A DNA stretch of 32,000 nucleotides from Planctopirus limnophila DSM 3776. Its GTDB lineage: Bacteria > Planctomycetota > Planctomycetia > Planctomycetales > Planctomycetaceae. The notes below the pieces were generated by a model. It saw only the letters and a program-made list of their open reading frames with translations. It had not been told where the DNA came from and did not search any database. Positions 16,532 through 24,840 of this stretch are shown one piece after another. The DNA lies in assembly GCF_000092105.1 (NCBI RefSeq), contig NC_014148.1, forward strand, positions 1,860,001 through 1,892,000, given 5' to 3'. Each line of letters begins with the position of its first letter. The stretch's first letter is position 1. The position numbers and the translations under genes are program-made.

Positions 16532-19500
16532 CTACTTTGATGTATCTGGTCGCTGTTCTGGGCTGACTGCCCTTGAGATGTTGTTTGCAGATGGTGCCCC
16601 TGATTGCACAGACGCAGAGGGGGAGCTCTTGACTGGTGTTTTACTCGTCCGGACAGGGACGAATTCCTGATAGCTGGCAGTGACCACCTTGAATGGGGCA
16701 GACGGAGCTCCTTGGGCAACTGGTTGTACAGGCATTTCGGGTGCTGCAGGTCGCACTTTGCGAATGACCCCATCATTGGCGGGGAACGGGTCAAACGGAT
16801 CCTGAGGTGAAGTTCGATTCCGCTCAGGAAGAGGTGGTTGAGTCGCAGGAGTGGGCCGTCCAGTCGGTGACTCACGATTTCTCGTGGAGCTATCAGGCTG
16901 CCCGGCACCAGGCAATGGACCTAATGGCGGAAAGTCATCCGGGATCTCGGTAGGCAGTGCCGGAAGTGTACGCCTGCCTGCAGGCGACTCAGGTTGACTT
17001 GTTTTTGGATCGGCCTTTTCCAATAAGTCGAGTGGATCGAAACCATTTGAAAAAGGATCCGGTTCTGACGCTGGTTGTGGCGATCTGGAGCGCACTGAAC
17101 TTTGAGGATTCGCAGCGTCCGTGTCGGGAGCAGCAGACTCGAGGGCGTCAGGAAGCCGGGGTAAATCTCTGTTCATCAGACTGGGGACTGGCTCGTTGAG
17201 TTCCGGAAATGGATCCAGCGGCTCATTCGGGATCGAAGGGTTGGGCTTTCCAGGGAGTGTCGGATTCCAGCCGGATCGATTGGGGATGGTTTTGTCGATC
17301 CGATCTTCGAGGGTTTGATTGATCTCTGGTGATCGCAGGGGATCTCTTGCTGGCACGTCTCGATTGCGGGGAGTCATCTCCGGCAGCAGCGGCAATGGCT
17401 GTCGCGGATCGGCAGGTCGGCCAGGTTCTGGTGTCGTGCTGGAAGGAAGAGGCTGCCCAGGTAATAGATCTGGAAAAGCGTTATCCAGGGGATCGCTGGA
17501 AGGTCTTGTGGTCGAATTGCGTGGTCTGGCTGGTTCAAGAGGTTCAGTGAGGTTATCAAGCCGATCTCGTTCGAGCGGCATCGTGCGAGATGGTTGCCCG
17601 GATGGCGGAAGGTCTGTTGGAACCGGGCCGAAATCGTCTGGCAATGGTGGAAAATCGCGAGAGTTTTCTCGCGGCATATCGGTGGTTGATGGAGAGGCTT
17701 CTCGATCCAGCAGTGGGCGACGACCTGGTGCTGGGCCGAATGTATTGTCGTCTGGCATGACGGGTTGAGTTTGTCGAGGTTCAAAAGCAGGCTCGTTGAC
17801 TGCAGGGAGTGAGGGCCTTCGAGCGGGAAGAGAATTCGTCGAATCCAGTGACTGAGGTTCCGGGCCGAAAGGATCTGCAGACGGGGTGTTGTTGCCCCTG
17901 TCACGCAGGTTGAGATCTCTTCCGGGATTGGGATCGAGCACCCGATCCAATTCCCGGCCAGTTCGATCTGATCGATTCAATGGATCATCGACCGGGGGAG
18001 GACCAAAAGGACGGCCTGAGTCGGCTCGTTCTCTCATGTTAGCTGGAACACGAGGAAGTGGCTGGTTGGAATTTCGTAAAGAATTCTCGAGATCTGACGA
18101 AGAATTGGGACGCGGGTTTGCAGGCAATTCCCCCGGTGCCGGGCCAAACAATCCATGATCCGTTATTGGATTCTGTGGGCGAGCAGCAGGGATTCGCTCA
18201 CGCGGTGGCAATAGCTCATCACGGGGCATTGAGGGGACGCGTGGATCGCTTGAAGAATTCTCCGAGCGGCCAGGACGAGGTAAGGGGAAATCTGAAGGCT
18301 GGTCACGCGGAGTGTTTCGCGCGGGAACAGCAGCCGGTGAGTATCCTGTATCGTCGGTCACCAGTAATTGGGAAACTTCCATAGCGATCGGTGTATCTGG
18401 TGAAACGGCCCGCAGCACGGCTTTCCCGGCACCGAGCGTCTTGCCCTCAATGATGAAAATCGTCTGGTGATCTTCATTGAGCCGGAGTGAACCGACTTCA
18501 TATTCCACGGCATTGCCGTAGTAATGCGTGAGTTCAGGAGACAGGTCTGCCAGAATGCGGACATTGTCGAGCGGAATCTCGCCAATGTTCTGTACGCGAA
18601 TGTTCATTTTGAGATTTTTGCCTTTGACAATCCGATCTGTGCTGGAAAGCTGAATTGCCAGGCGGGCATTTTTGCGGGGCGGAGTCACCAGTGTGCGTGA
18701 GCCAGCGACGGCATCGGCAGTGACCTCAGCGACTGTCTGCACAAGTGAAGGGTTCCCCGACTGCAGGCGATACTCGCTGCTGGTCGCTCCCGCGGGAAAC
18801 CTCCCCAGATTGGTCGAAAGGAGATCGTTCGCCGTCTGCCGGCTGGAAAGCCAGCGCGTCGTGAGTCGCTCCGATTCACCCGGTGGCAACAGCGAGATGG
18901 ATCGTTTCAAGCCATCCTGATCGACATAGCCATCTGGAAATGCTCCCACAACTTGCGGCATTCTCGAAAAAGGTTCGAGGACTTCAACGAGAGGCAATGT
19001 TTCCGAAGAGAGGTTTCGAATGGAGACAATCGATTCTCCCCCTTGTTGCAGATCGGATCTGCGAGAAGACTCCATGGCCACTTCGAAATATGCTTCTCCT
19101 CTGGCGGCGACGGTCGATTTGGGGACGTCGGACGTCAGGTCGTCTGCAAGGGCTTTGGGCAGGCGGTTACCGAGACCCGTATAAGGCGTTGCCAGTGAAT
19201 ATGCCGCCATTTGAGAATCGTTGGGGCGTGATTGTGCCCGGCGCCAGTCATCACGAATTCGATTGAGAATGTCGCTCCAGGCTCGCGAAGACTGACCAGA
19301 ATCCGAGCTGGCGGTGGCTTCATTACGTGATGCATCCATGGCCGCTAGCGCGGCTTCGGGCACCACACTATGCAGCCAGTCAACACTTAATGAAAGATCT
19401 GCAGGCACAGTAAACGTCGATCGGGACAGATAAGGATCGACGACCCGCCGCTCCAATCCCACGAACATAAATTCAGCAGGGTAATCGGCCACCAATAGCT

Positions 19501-19909
19501 GGGGAGCCAATGAGATTCTGGTATCGACATCAGCCACAGGGAGTTCAGGGATCCGTGGCAGTCGGGCAGCCACAGGTGGTAATTCGATATTCACATTGTA
19601 AAGCGTTGGTTCGCGATAGGACGCCGGGAGCATGAATGTGAGGAAGACCCCCAGAAATCCTGCAAACGCGACTGCGTACCACTCTCCTCTTTGTGAGAGA
19701 TAGCGTTCGAGGTGTTCCAGCTCGCTCCGCCACCAACCGGACCATCGCACGAGTGATAGTCCCAGCCATCGACGAGTGGCTACAAATTCACGCTCTATGA
19801 AATGCCGATACCGGTATCGCACCTTGGGCCATCCCTGTCCTAGTGCAGGTTTCGAGCCAAAAAAACTCGAACCACAACTGCAGTGTCTTTGACGGAAGTA
19901 ACTCCTCAA
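16532..19909 (-). CDS. Large membrane-anchored protein with DUF11-like beta domains and a roughly 600-aa proline-rich low-complexity C-terminal tail
   Basis: 1125-aa ORF with a TM segment (WYAVAFAGFLGVFLTFML). Two segments resemble the conserved repeat (DUF11) domain, for example LKMNIRVQNIGEIPLDNVRILADLSPEL. From about nt 18352 down to 16532 the composition is P/S/R/D/N-rich, with five FGP[APEV]P motifs. The start is uncertain: TTG at 19909, with in-frame GTG alternatives and no early ATG. Confidence 0.85.
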   Translation of the reverse strand: MRSYFRQRHCSCGSSFFGSKPALGQGWPKVRYRYRHFIEREFVATRRWLGLSLVRWSGWWRSELEHLERYLSQRGEWYAVAFAGFLGVFLTFMLPASYREPTLYNVNIELPPVAARLPRIPELPVADVDTRISLAPQLLVADYPAEFMFVGLERRVVDPYLSRSTFTVPADLSLSVDWLHSVVPEAALAAMDASRNEATASSDSGQSSRAWSDILNRIRDDWRRAQSRPNDSQMAAYSLATPYTGLGNRLPKALADDLTSDVPKSTVAARGEAYFEVAMESSRRSDLQQGGESIVSIRNLSSETLPLVEVLEPFSRMPQVVGAFPDGYVDQDGLKRSISLLPPGESERLTTRWLSSRQTANDLLSTNLGRFPAGATSSEYRLQSGNPSLVQTVAEVTADAVAGSRTLVTPPRKNARLAIQLSSTDRIVKGKNLKMNIRVQNIGEIPLDNVRILADLSPELTHYYGNAVEYEVGSLRLNEDHQTIFIIEGKTLGAGKAVLRAVSPDTPIAMEVSQLLVTDDTGYSPAAVPARNTPRDQPSDFPLPRPGRSENSSSDPRVPSMPRDELLPPRERIPAARPQNPITDHGLFGPAPGELPANPRPNSSSDLENSLRNSNQPLPRVPANMRERADSGRPFGPPPVDDPLNRSDRTGRELDRVLDPNPGRDLNLRDRGNNTPSADPFGPEPQSLDSTNSLPARRPSLPAVNEPAFEPRQTQPVMPDDNTFGPAPGRRPLLDREASPSTTDMPRENSRDFPPLPDDFGPVPTDLPPSGQPSRTMPLERDRLDNLTEPLEPARPRNSTTRPSSDPLDNAFPDLLPGQPLPSSTTPEPGRPADPRQPLPLLPEMTPRNRDVPARDPLRSPEINQTLEDRIDKTIPNRSGWNPTLPGKPNPSIPNEPLDPFPELNEPVPSLMNRDLPRLPDALESAAPDTDAANPQSSVRSRSPQPASEPDPFSNGFDPLDLLEKADPKTSQPESPAGRRTLPALPTEIPDDFPPLGPLPGAGQPDSSTRNRESPTGRPTPATQPPLPERNRTSPQDPFDPFPANDGVIRKVRPAAPEMPVQPVAQGAPSAPFKVVTASYQEFVPVRTSKTPVKSSPSASVQSGAPSANNISRAVSPEQRPDTSK

Positions 19910-20218
19910 TCACACAAGAGTTTATGTCATAGCAGAATTTGCATTTGAGTTGAAGTGCAGTTCTGCCATCGATGCCCAGACTCTCTCTTTTTTCTCAATT
20001 GCCAGTATCTCCTGGAGCCTGAAACACGAGGAACTTTTGTCATTTCTGCATTGACATGGACCAGGCTTTCCTGACCAGGTTTGGTTTGGGGACATGATGT
20101 CTGGAAACCCGGCATTTCTCAAAACCAGAATTTCGTTGATTTTTTCATTGAATACGTGATTCGATAGACAAATCGTTTTGGAGAGCAGGTTTCTTGTATC
20201 GGATCAGGTTGCAAACTG

Positions 20219-20977
20219 ATGATGCACTATTCGCCTCCAGCTCATGGGCGGTTGAACAGTGGGTGGGGTCTGAGCATGACAATCGAGAATTCACTGGATC
20301 AATCCTTCGTCTCCACAGCCTCCGATAAAATGCGGCAGTCTCTTCATTCTCCGTCGGGGAATGTTCATGCGTCTGATCCAGCTCCACCAGAAGGAAAAGC
20401 TGCTGTTCGACCATTCGAACAGGAGCTGATTCAGGCGCTAAAGCTGATTGGTGAGGGGCAATGGCAAGTCTGGTCGCGAGTGGTGGGGCTTGTGGGGCCA
20501 AGATCTCTGCGATATGCCCGTTTTCTGACGGAACACGACGCTGATGCCGAAGATGTTGTTCAGCAGTCTCTGACCCGATTGGCAGCTTCGCCCGCTCTGT
20601 TTCGCGTTGTGCAGCATCCCTGGGCCTACTTTCTAAAGATTGTGCGAAACGAGGCCATTCGTTTCCGCATTAAGCACCAGCGGCCTCCCGCCATCTCGGT
20701 CAATTTACTCACGGAGTTGCAGTTTCGCTCTTCGATAGCGATTGATCCGCTGGAAGTCGCCGAGCGTCAACAGATGATCCAGGCGGCATTGACCGAACTG
20801 CCGGTGGATCAAGCGGAGGTTGTCATTCTCAAATTCTGGGAAGGCATGACATTTCAGGAGATTGCCTCAGTGATGGGGGAAAGCCCCAATACAGTGGCCA
20901 GTCGCTATCGCTATGCGATTGCCAAGTTGGCCCGGCTGCTTCGTGCTCTGGAAGGAGAAGCCGCCCATGTCTCATGA
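20219..20977 (+). CDS. ECF-type RNA polymerase sigma-70 family factor with N-terminal extension
   Basis: Region 2 block DAEDVVQQSLTRL...HPWAYFLKIVRNEAIRF and region 4.2 block LPVDQAEVVILKFWEGMTFQEIASVMGESPNTVASRYRYAIAKL. The start is uncertain, with in-frame ATGs at 20219, 20276 and 20330. Confidence 0.85.
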   Translation: MMHYSPPAHGRLNSGWGLSMTIENSLDQSFVSTASDKMRQSLHSPSGNVHASDPAPPEGKAAVRPFEQELIQALKLIGEGQWQVWSRVVGLVGPRSLRYARFLTEHDADAEDVVQQSLTRLAASPALFRVVQHPWAYFLKIVRNEAIRFRIKHQRPPAISVNLLTELQFRSSIAIDPLEVAERQQMIQAALTELPVDQAEVVILKFWEGMTFQEIASVMGESPNTVASRYRYAIAKLARLLRALEGEAAHVS

Positions 20978-21578
20978 AAGAGGATGTCAGTTTCAGGCCG
21001 ACGAAGAATTCGTCAGGCGATTTTTTTGTTTTGAAGAAATTGAGGAATTGCCGCCCGCCGAAGAATTTGTATCACCGGAAGAATTGCTGCCAGGTACTAA
21101 CCAAAATTGGGCTGACCACCATTGGGCTGACCAACATTGGGAGGTACGAGACGGGCGAGAATTCTTCCTCTGCACAAAGCCTGAGGAATCATTGCCGCTG
21201 GTCGATTTTTTCGAGCCGGCACCGTTGGTTCGCCGGGTGCGTGATCGACTGGTGGCTCATGCTGTCGTCACAGAACGCCGGGTCAAGGATCGCAGGCAGC
21301 GGCAGATTGCAGCGCAAAGTTTTGTGTTTGCGATGTTGATGGTGATCTCCCCCTGGGTTTCGTGGAATCTCATCAACCAATCGGCCTTTAAGGAAGTGCA
21401 ATCCCTGCTGTGCGAGGCTATGGCTCCTCGACACCGGATGGTTATCGCGAGTCGTTCCGTAACTTCACGCGAGCATGACCCGGAACAAGAACTGATTGAT
21501 CGACTGGCTCATCAACGTCGGCAGATTCTGTTCTCGCTACCGGCCCTGGCCACACCAGCGCTGGTAACTTCTCGTTGA
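20967..21578 (+). CDS. Putative membrane-anchored anti-sigma factor (non-ZAS)
   Basis: The ATG overlaps the sigma-factor stop codon (ATGTCTCATGA) and is preceded by GGAGAAG, so the two are probably translationally coupled. There is a single TM segment (SFVFAMLMVISPWVSWNLI). No HxxxCxxC zinc motif is present. The call rests on position and topology only. Confidence 0.6.
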   Translation: MSHERGCQFQADEEFVRRFFCFEEIEELPPAEEFVSPEELLPGTNQNWADHHWADQHWEVRDGREFFLCTKPEESLPLVDFFEPAPLVRRVRDRLVAHAVVTERRVKDRRQRQIAAQSFVFAMLMVISPWVSWNLINQSAFKEVQSLLCEAMAPRHRMVIASRSVTSREHDPEQELIDRLAHQRRQILFSLPALATPALVTSR

Positions 21579-21629
21579 TACTCTCGCTGTGAATATCATA
21601 CGGGATGCATTCAATACGATGATCACAAC

Positions 21630-23915
21630 TCACGAATTGGGGGAGGGTTCATTCACTCGATAGAGCGGTAAGAAGCGGTAGTAAACTTCGAGGCACAAGG
21701 TGGCCATCGCAGTCGAATAAACACGTCCACCAATCCCTCCCCAGGGATCCTTTGGCTCCCATGTTCCTGCATAAGTTCCGGAACGTGTCTGCATCTGCAC
21801 GAGACTTTCCCGCATGCCAAGATTCCACATCTCCCACGATTCTCCACCATGCTGGAACATCGTTAATGTCCCGTAGTACCAGTAGTAATCATTGGGTTGG
21901 GAGATTCGAGGTAGCGCGCGTTGCAGGTAAGACGTCGCTTCAATACTGGCATCATTGGTCGGGCGAATGCCAAACATCTGCTTGCAGAAATGAGCCTCGG
22001 CTGTCATCGCTGGCGAAGGTTGACTTGATCTCCGATAGCCCGCAAGGCCGGATTGAGTCCCTCTGCTGCGAGCTTTTAAGAACGTGATCATGCCCTCGCG
22101 AGTTTCGTTTGGTATCGGTATCCCGGCGATCTCCGCAGATTTAAGCAGCATCATCTGCCAGCCAAACATGCTCATATCACTTTCAATGGCACCTTTCTGG
22201 TAACGCCACCCACCATCACGATTCTGCATTTGAATTGTAAACTGGACCGCTTTAGCAACGGCGTTCCGTAAGTCGGGATCAGCCTGTGGGTTTTCCTGCA
22301 TCGCACAAGCTTCTGCTAAGGCGTAGCCGGCGATGCCGTGGCAGTACATGCCATCGTAGTAGTTTGCTTTTCCCCCCAGATATCCATCCACGCGCTGCTG
22401 AGAGATCAGCCAGGTCATGGCGTTGTCGACTGTTCTTGAATACTGACCTTCGTCTCGGGTGTAGCCTGCCCCGAGAAACGCCAGCAGTGCTAAACCCGTG
22501 ATTCCTGTATCCGCATTCAGGCCGGAGCCTTTGCGATCAACGAGATCGACAGGGTCTTCCGGCGATCTTTTTACAGCGCCAGCACCCCAGCGGGCAGCGC
22601 TCCAGGAGCCATCATTTTCCTGATGTGAGGCCAGCCATTTTAAGCTGAGTTCGACAGCTTCTTCGCTGGCCTCTGTCCCGCCATTTCGAAGGGCAATCTC
22701 CTTGCGTTGGTCAAGCCTGCGTAACTGATAAGTCTCAGGCGTCATCGAGGCTGCGGGGCGTTTGGGAAGAATCGTTCCTGTGCCACGATTCATTTCTGGG
22801 GCAGGCGTGATGGCTTCGAGGCTGGGCAGTTCGGTGGCAGACTTGATGGCGGCAATCTGTTCACCAGCCAACGCTGGAGTTGTGGATGGATTTCCCGAAG
22901 CAGGTTCCGCAGGCGTGATGGCAAGCGGGAGCCCCTCTGTTGGCATCATAGATCGATTGGGCACTTGACGCGAGAAGAGAGGCTTGGCCGGTACGGCAGG
23001 ACGTACCTGGGGATCGTTTCCGATACCATCAGCACCCGGTGAATTTGCCGGGACCGGAGTGGCCAATGGAGCGGTGCGCCTGGCCATGGTTTCGGCGGCG
23101 AGCGCATTCGGAGGTGGGGTTTCACTCTCCGGATTGAGTGGAAGTTCAATGCGAGAGGCCACTGTGTTGATCTTTTCATCGGCTCGATCAGCTCCCCCTT
23201 CCGCTGGAGGACGCAGGTCGTCCGAATCGAGTGGAGTTTCCTGAGGCGTCATTTTTTGACGGGACATTGCAGCCAGTGAATTGGGAACCACCTGTTGCTG
23301 TATTGTCTCCTGTGGCAATGGGGCTGTGGCTGCTGGAGTTCCTGAAAAAATCGGCTGCTGGACTTCCATACCCGGCCGCGGAGTCTCTGGCTTCGACTCC
23401 TGCAGTGGCAAATCAGGAAAGGCTTCCAGTGCAGCCATTTGTGTGGGTTTATCCCGAGGGGTCAAATCGGGTAATGCACCGGTTTCTGCTTTCCCTGAAG
23501 CCGAGATTTCCCTCTGAGTTCGCTCAATCGGCAGGGCTTCCGATGGTGACAGACGCGAGAGGCTCGCATTGGTGGCCTCTGTGTCTGGAGTATCGGCTTC
23601 ACTCGAAACGAGTTGAATGGCGGGTCCTTCAGTTTCCTGTTCGTTTCGCTCAATTTCACCAAGCCTGACTGCCTCCAATTGAGCGACGTTAGCCCACGCC
23701 AGACCCAGCCAGACATGCAGCACGAGCGAGGCAAAGAACGATTTTCCTGTGGCGTTCTGATCGCCCCATCGGGTGGCCAGTAAGGAAAGCACCTGCACCA
23801 TCAGCAGGAAAGAGCAGAAAATCAGCGCGAGGCGCAGCGTGATCATTTGCCACGAGGTTTCTGCGCCTCCCGCATCAATCAACCACGACAAAGATTCAAC
23901 CAAGCGACTTAGCAT
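21630..23915 (-). CDS. Membrane protein with Pro/Ala/Thr-rich linker and C-terminal prenyltransferase/squalene-cyclase-like alpha/alpha-toroid repeats
   Basis: N-terminal TM segments (ITLRLALIFCSFLLMVQVLSLLA; FFASLVLHVWLGLAWA). A low-complexity linker of roughly 300 aa follows. Repeats of the terpene-cyclase/prenyltransferase type are present: LKWLASHQENDGSWS, WLISQQRVDGYLGG, IQMQNRDGGWRYQ, GITGLALLAFLGAGY. Confidence 0.88.
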   Translation of the reverse strand: MLSRLVESLSWLIDAGGAETSWQMITLRLALIFCSFLLMVQVLSLLATRWGDQNATGKSFFASLVLHVWLGLAWANVAQLEAVRLGEIERNEQETEGPAIQLVSSEADTPDTEATNASLSRLSPSEALPIERTQREISASGKAETGALPDLTPRDKPTQMAALEAFPDLPLQESKPETPRPGMEVQQPIFSGTPAATAPLPQETIQQQVVPNSLAAMSRQKMTPQETPLDSDDLRPPAEGGADRADEKINTVASRIELPLNPESETPPPNALAAETMARRTAPLATPVPANSPGADGIGNDPQVRPAVPAKPLFSRQVPNRSMMPTEGLPLAITPAEPASGNPSTTPALAGEQIAAIKSATELPSLEAITPAPEMNRGTGTILPKRPAASMTPETYQLRRLDQRKEIALRNGGTEASEEAVELSLKWLASHQENDGSWSAARWGAGAVKRSPEDPVDLVDRKGSGLNADTGITGLALLAFLGAGYTRDEGQYSRTVDNAMTWLISQQRVDGYLGGKANYYDGMYCHGIAGYALAEACAMQENPQADPDLRNAVAKAVQFTIQMQNRDGGWRYQKGAIESDMSMFGWQMMLLKSAEIAGIPIPNETREGMITFLKARSRGTQSGLAGYRRSSQPSPAMTAEAHFCKQMFGIRPTNDASIEATSYLQRALPRISQPNDYYWYYGTLTMFQHGGESWEMWNLGMRESLVQMQTRSGTYAGTWEPKDPWGGIGGRVYSTAMATLCLEVYYRFLPLYRVNEPSPNS

Positions 23916-24014
23916 TCTGACCTGTCATTCCAGCCTTTGATCATGTGCCTGAGTTTTTTACCTGTTTTACTTGAGAATCTGCTGACCTGATAAACTTCGA
24001 CCAGAGGCCCAAAA

Positions 24015-24476
24015 TCACCGTTGAGATCGTGGTTGATGTGCCAGAGAGACGTTACGCACTCCAACTTTTTTTGCAGCCGACATCACTTCCATCACATTCT
24101 GGTACGGGCTGGCACCATCGCCGCGAATTAATACGCTTTGTGCCGGGAAATTCTGAATCGCTTTTGCCAGTTCTTGTTCCAGTTCTGCGATTGAAATCTG
24201 GCGGGAGTTCAAAGTAATCACCCCGTCCCGCGAGACATTGACCACCAGTTCGTCGGGTTGACCACTAAGTGCCTTGGCGTCGGAAACCGTTGGAAGTTGA
24301 ATTTTGTACTCGCGTTCCTGATTTTTGAACTGTGTACCAATCATGAAGAACATGAGCAGCAGCATCACGATGTCGAGCATCGAGGCCAGGTTCAGCGTCG
24401 GTTCTTCCAGCGGTTCTGTTTTCAGTGGCATGGACAGGCATCCTGGCCTGGGTGTTTCATCCGATGAAACCATCAT
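24015..24476 (-). CDS. exbD: ExbD/TolR-family biopolymer transport protein
   Basis: Typical N-terminus EPTLNLASMLDIVMLLLMFFMIG (TM). The periplasmic domain reads VVNVSRDGVITLNSRQISIAELEQEL...VLIRGDGASPYQNVMEVMSAAKKVGV. The alternative ATG at 24431 (MPLKTEP) may be the true start. Confidence 0.9.
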   Translation of the reverse strand: MMVSSDETPRPGCLSMPLKTEPLEEPTLNLASMLDIVMLLLMFFMIGTQFKNQEREYKIQLPTVSDAKALSGQPDELVVNVSRDGVITLNSRQISIAELEQELAKAIQNFPAQSVLIRGDGASPYQNVMEVMSAAKKVGVRNVSLAHQPRSQR

Positions 24477-24840
24477 GTCGCAGAGAGCATCAGCAATCGA
24501 GTGAATAAACTACTGAGACGACGAATTGAAGTGGTGACAGGAGAAGCATCGGAATGTCGCCTTCTTCAAGGCAAGTGCCGGTTGATTCAAATACAGCATT
24601 CCGCAATATCCTATCGGCTCGATGTGTCTTCGAAGTGAGGCTCCGGCTGAATTTGCCGATTGGCGGTGATTGCGAAGAGTTTAACACTGAAAACAGGCAT
24701 TGAGAACAGGTCTCATCAGGTCATTTCCACAGACTCTGCTGTCTCTAGCGATGTTTCCGCGCCTTTTCCCCAGGGTTGGATCGATAGATACCGTAACTTG
24801 GAGTTCAATCGTCGCATGGATTTGATAGAAAGCTGCCAGC

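Noticed and set aside
16532-18352. FG-repeat nucleoporin-like interpretation of the FGP motifs in the proline-rich tail.
   Set aside because: There are only five FGP motifs in about 600 aa, embedded in a charged, Pro/Arg/Asp-rich context unlike cohesive FG domains. The sequence provides no evidence for a pore association.
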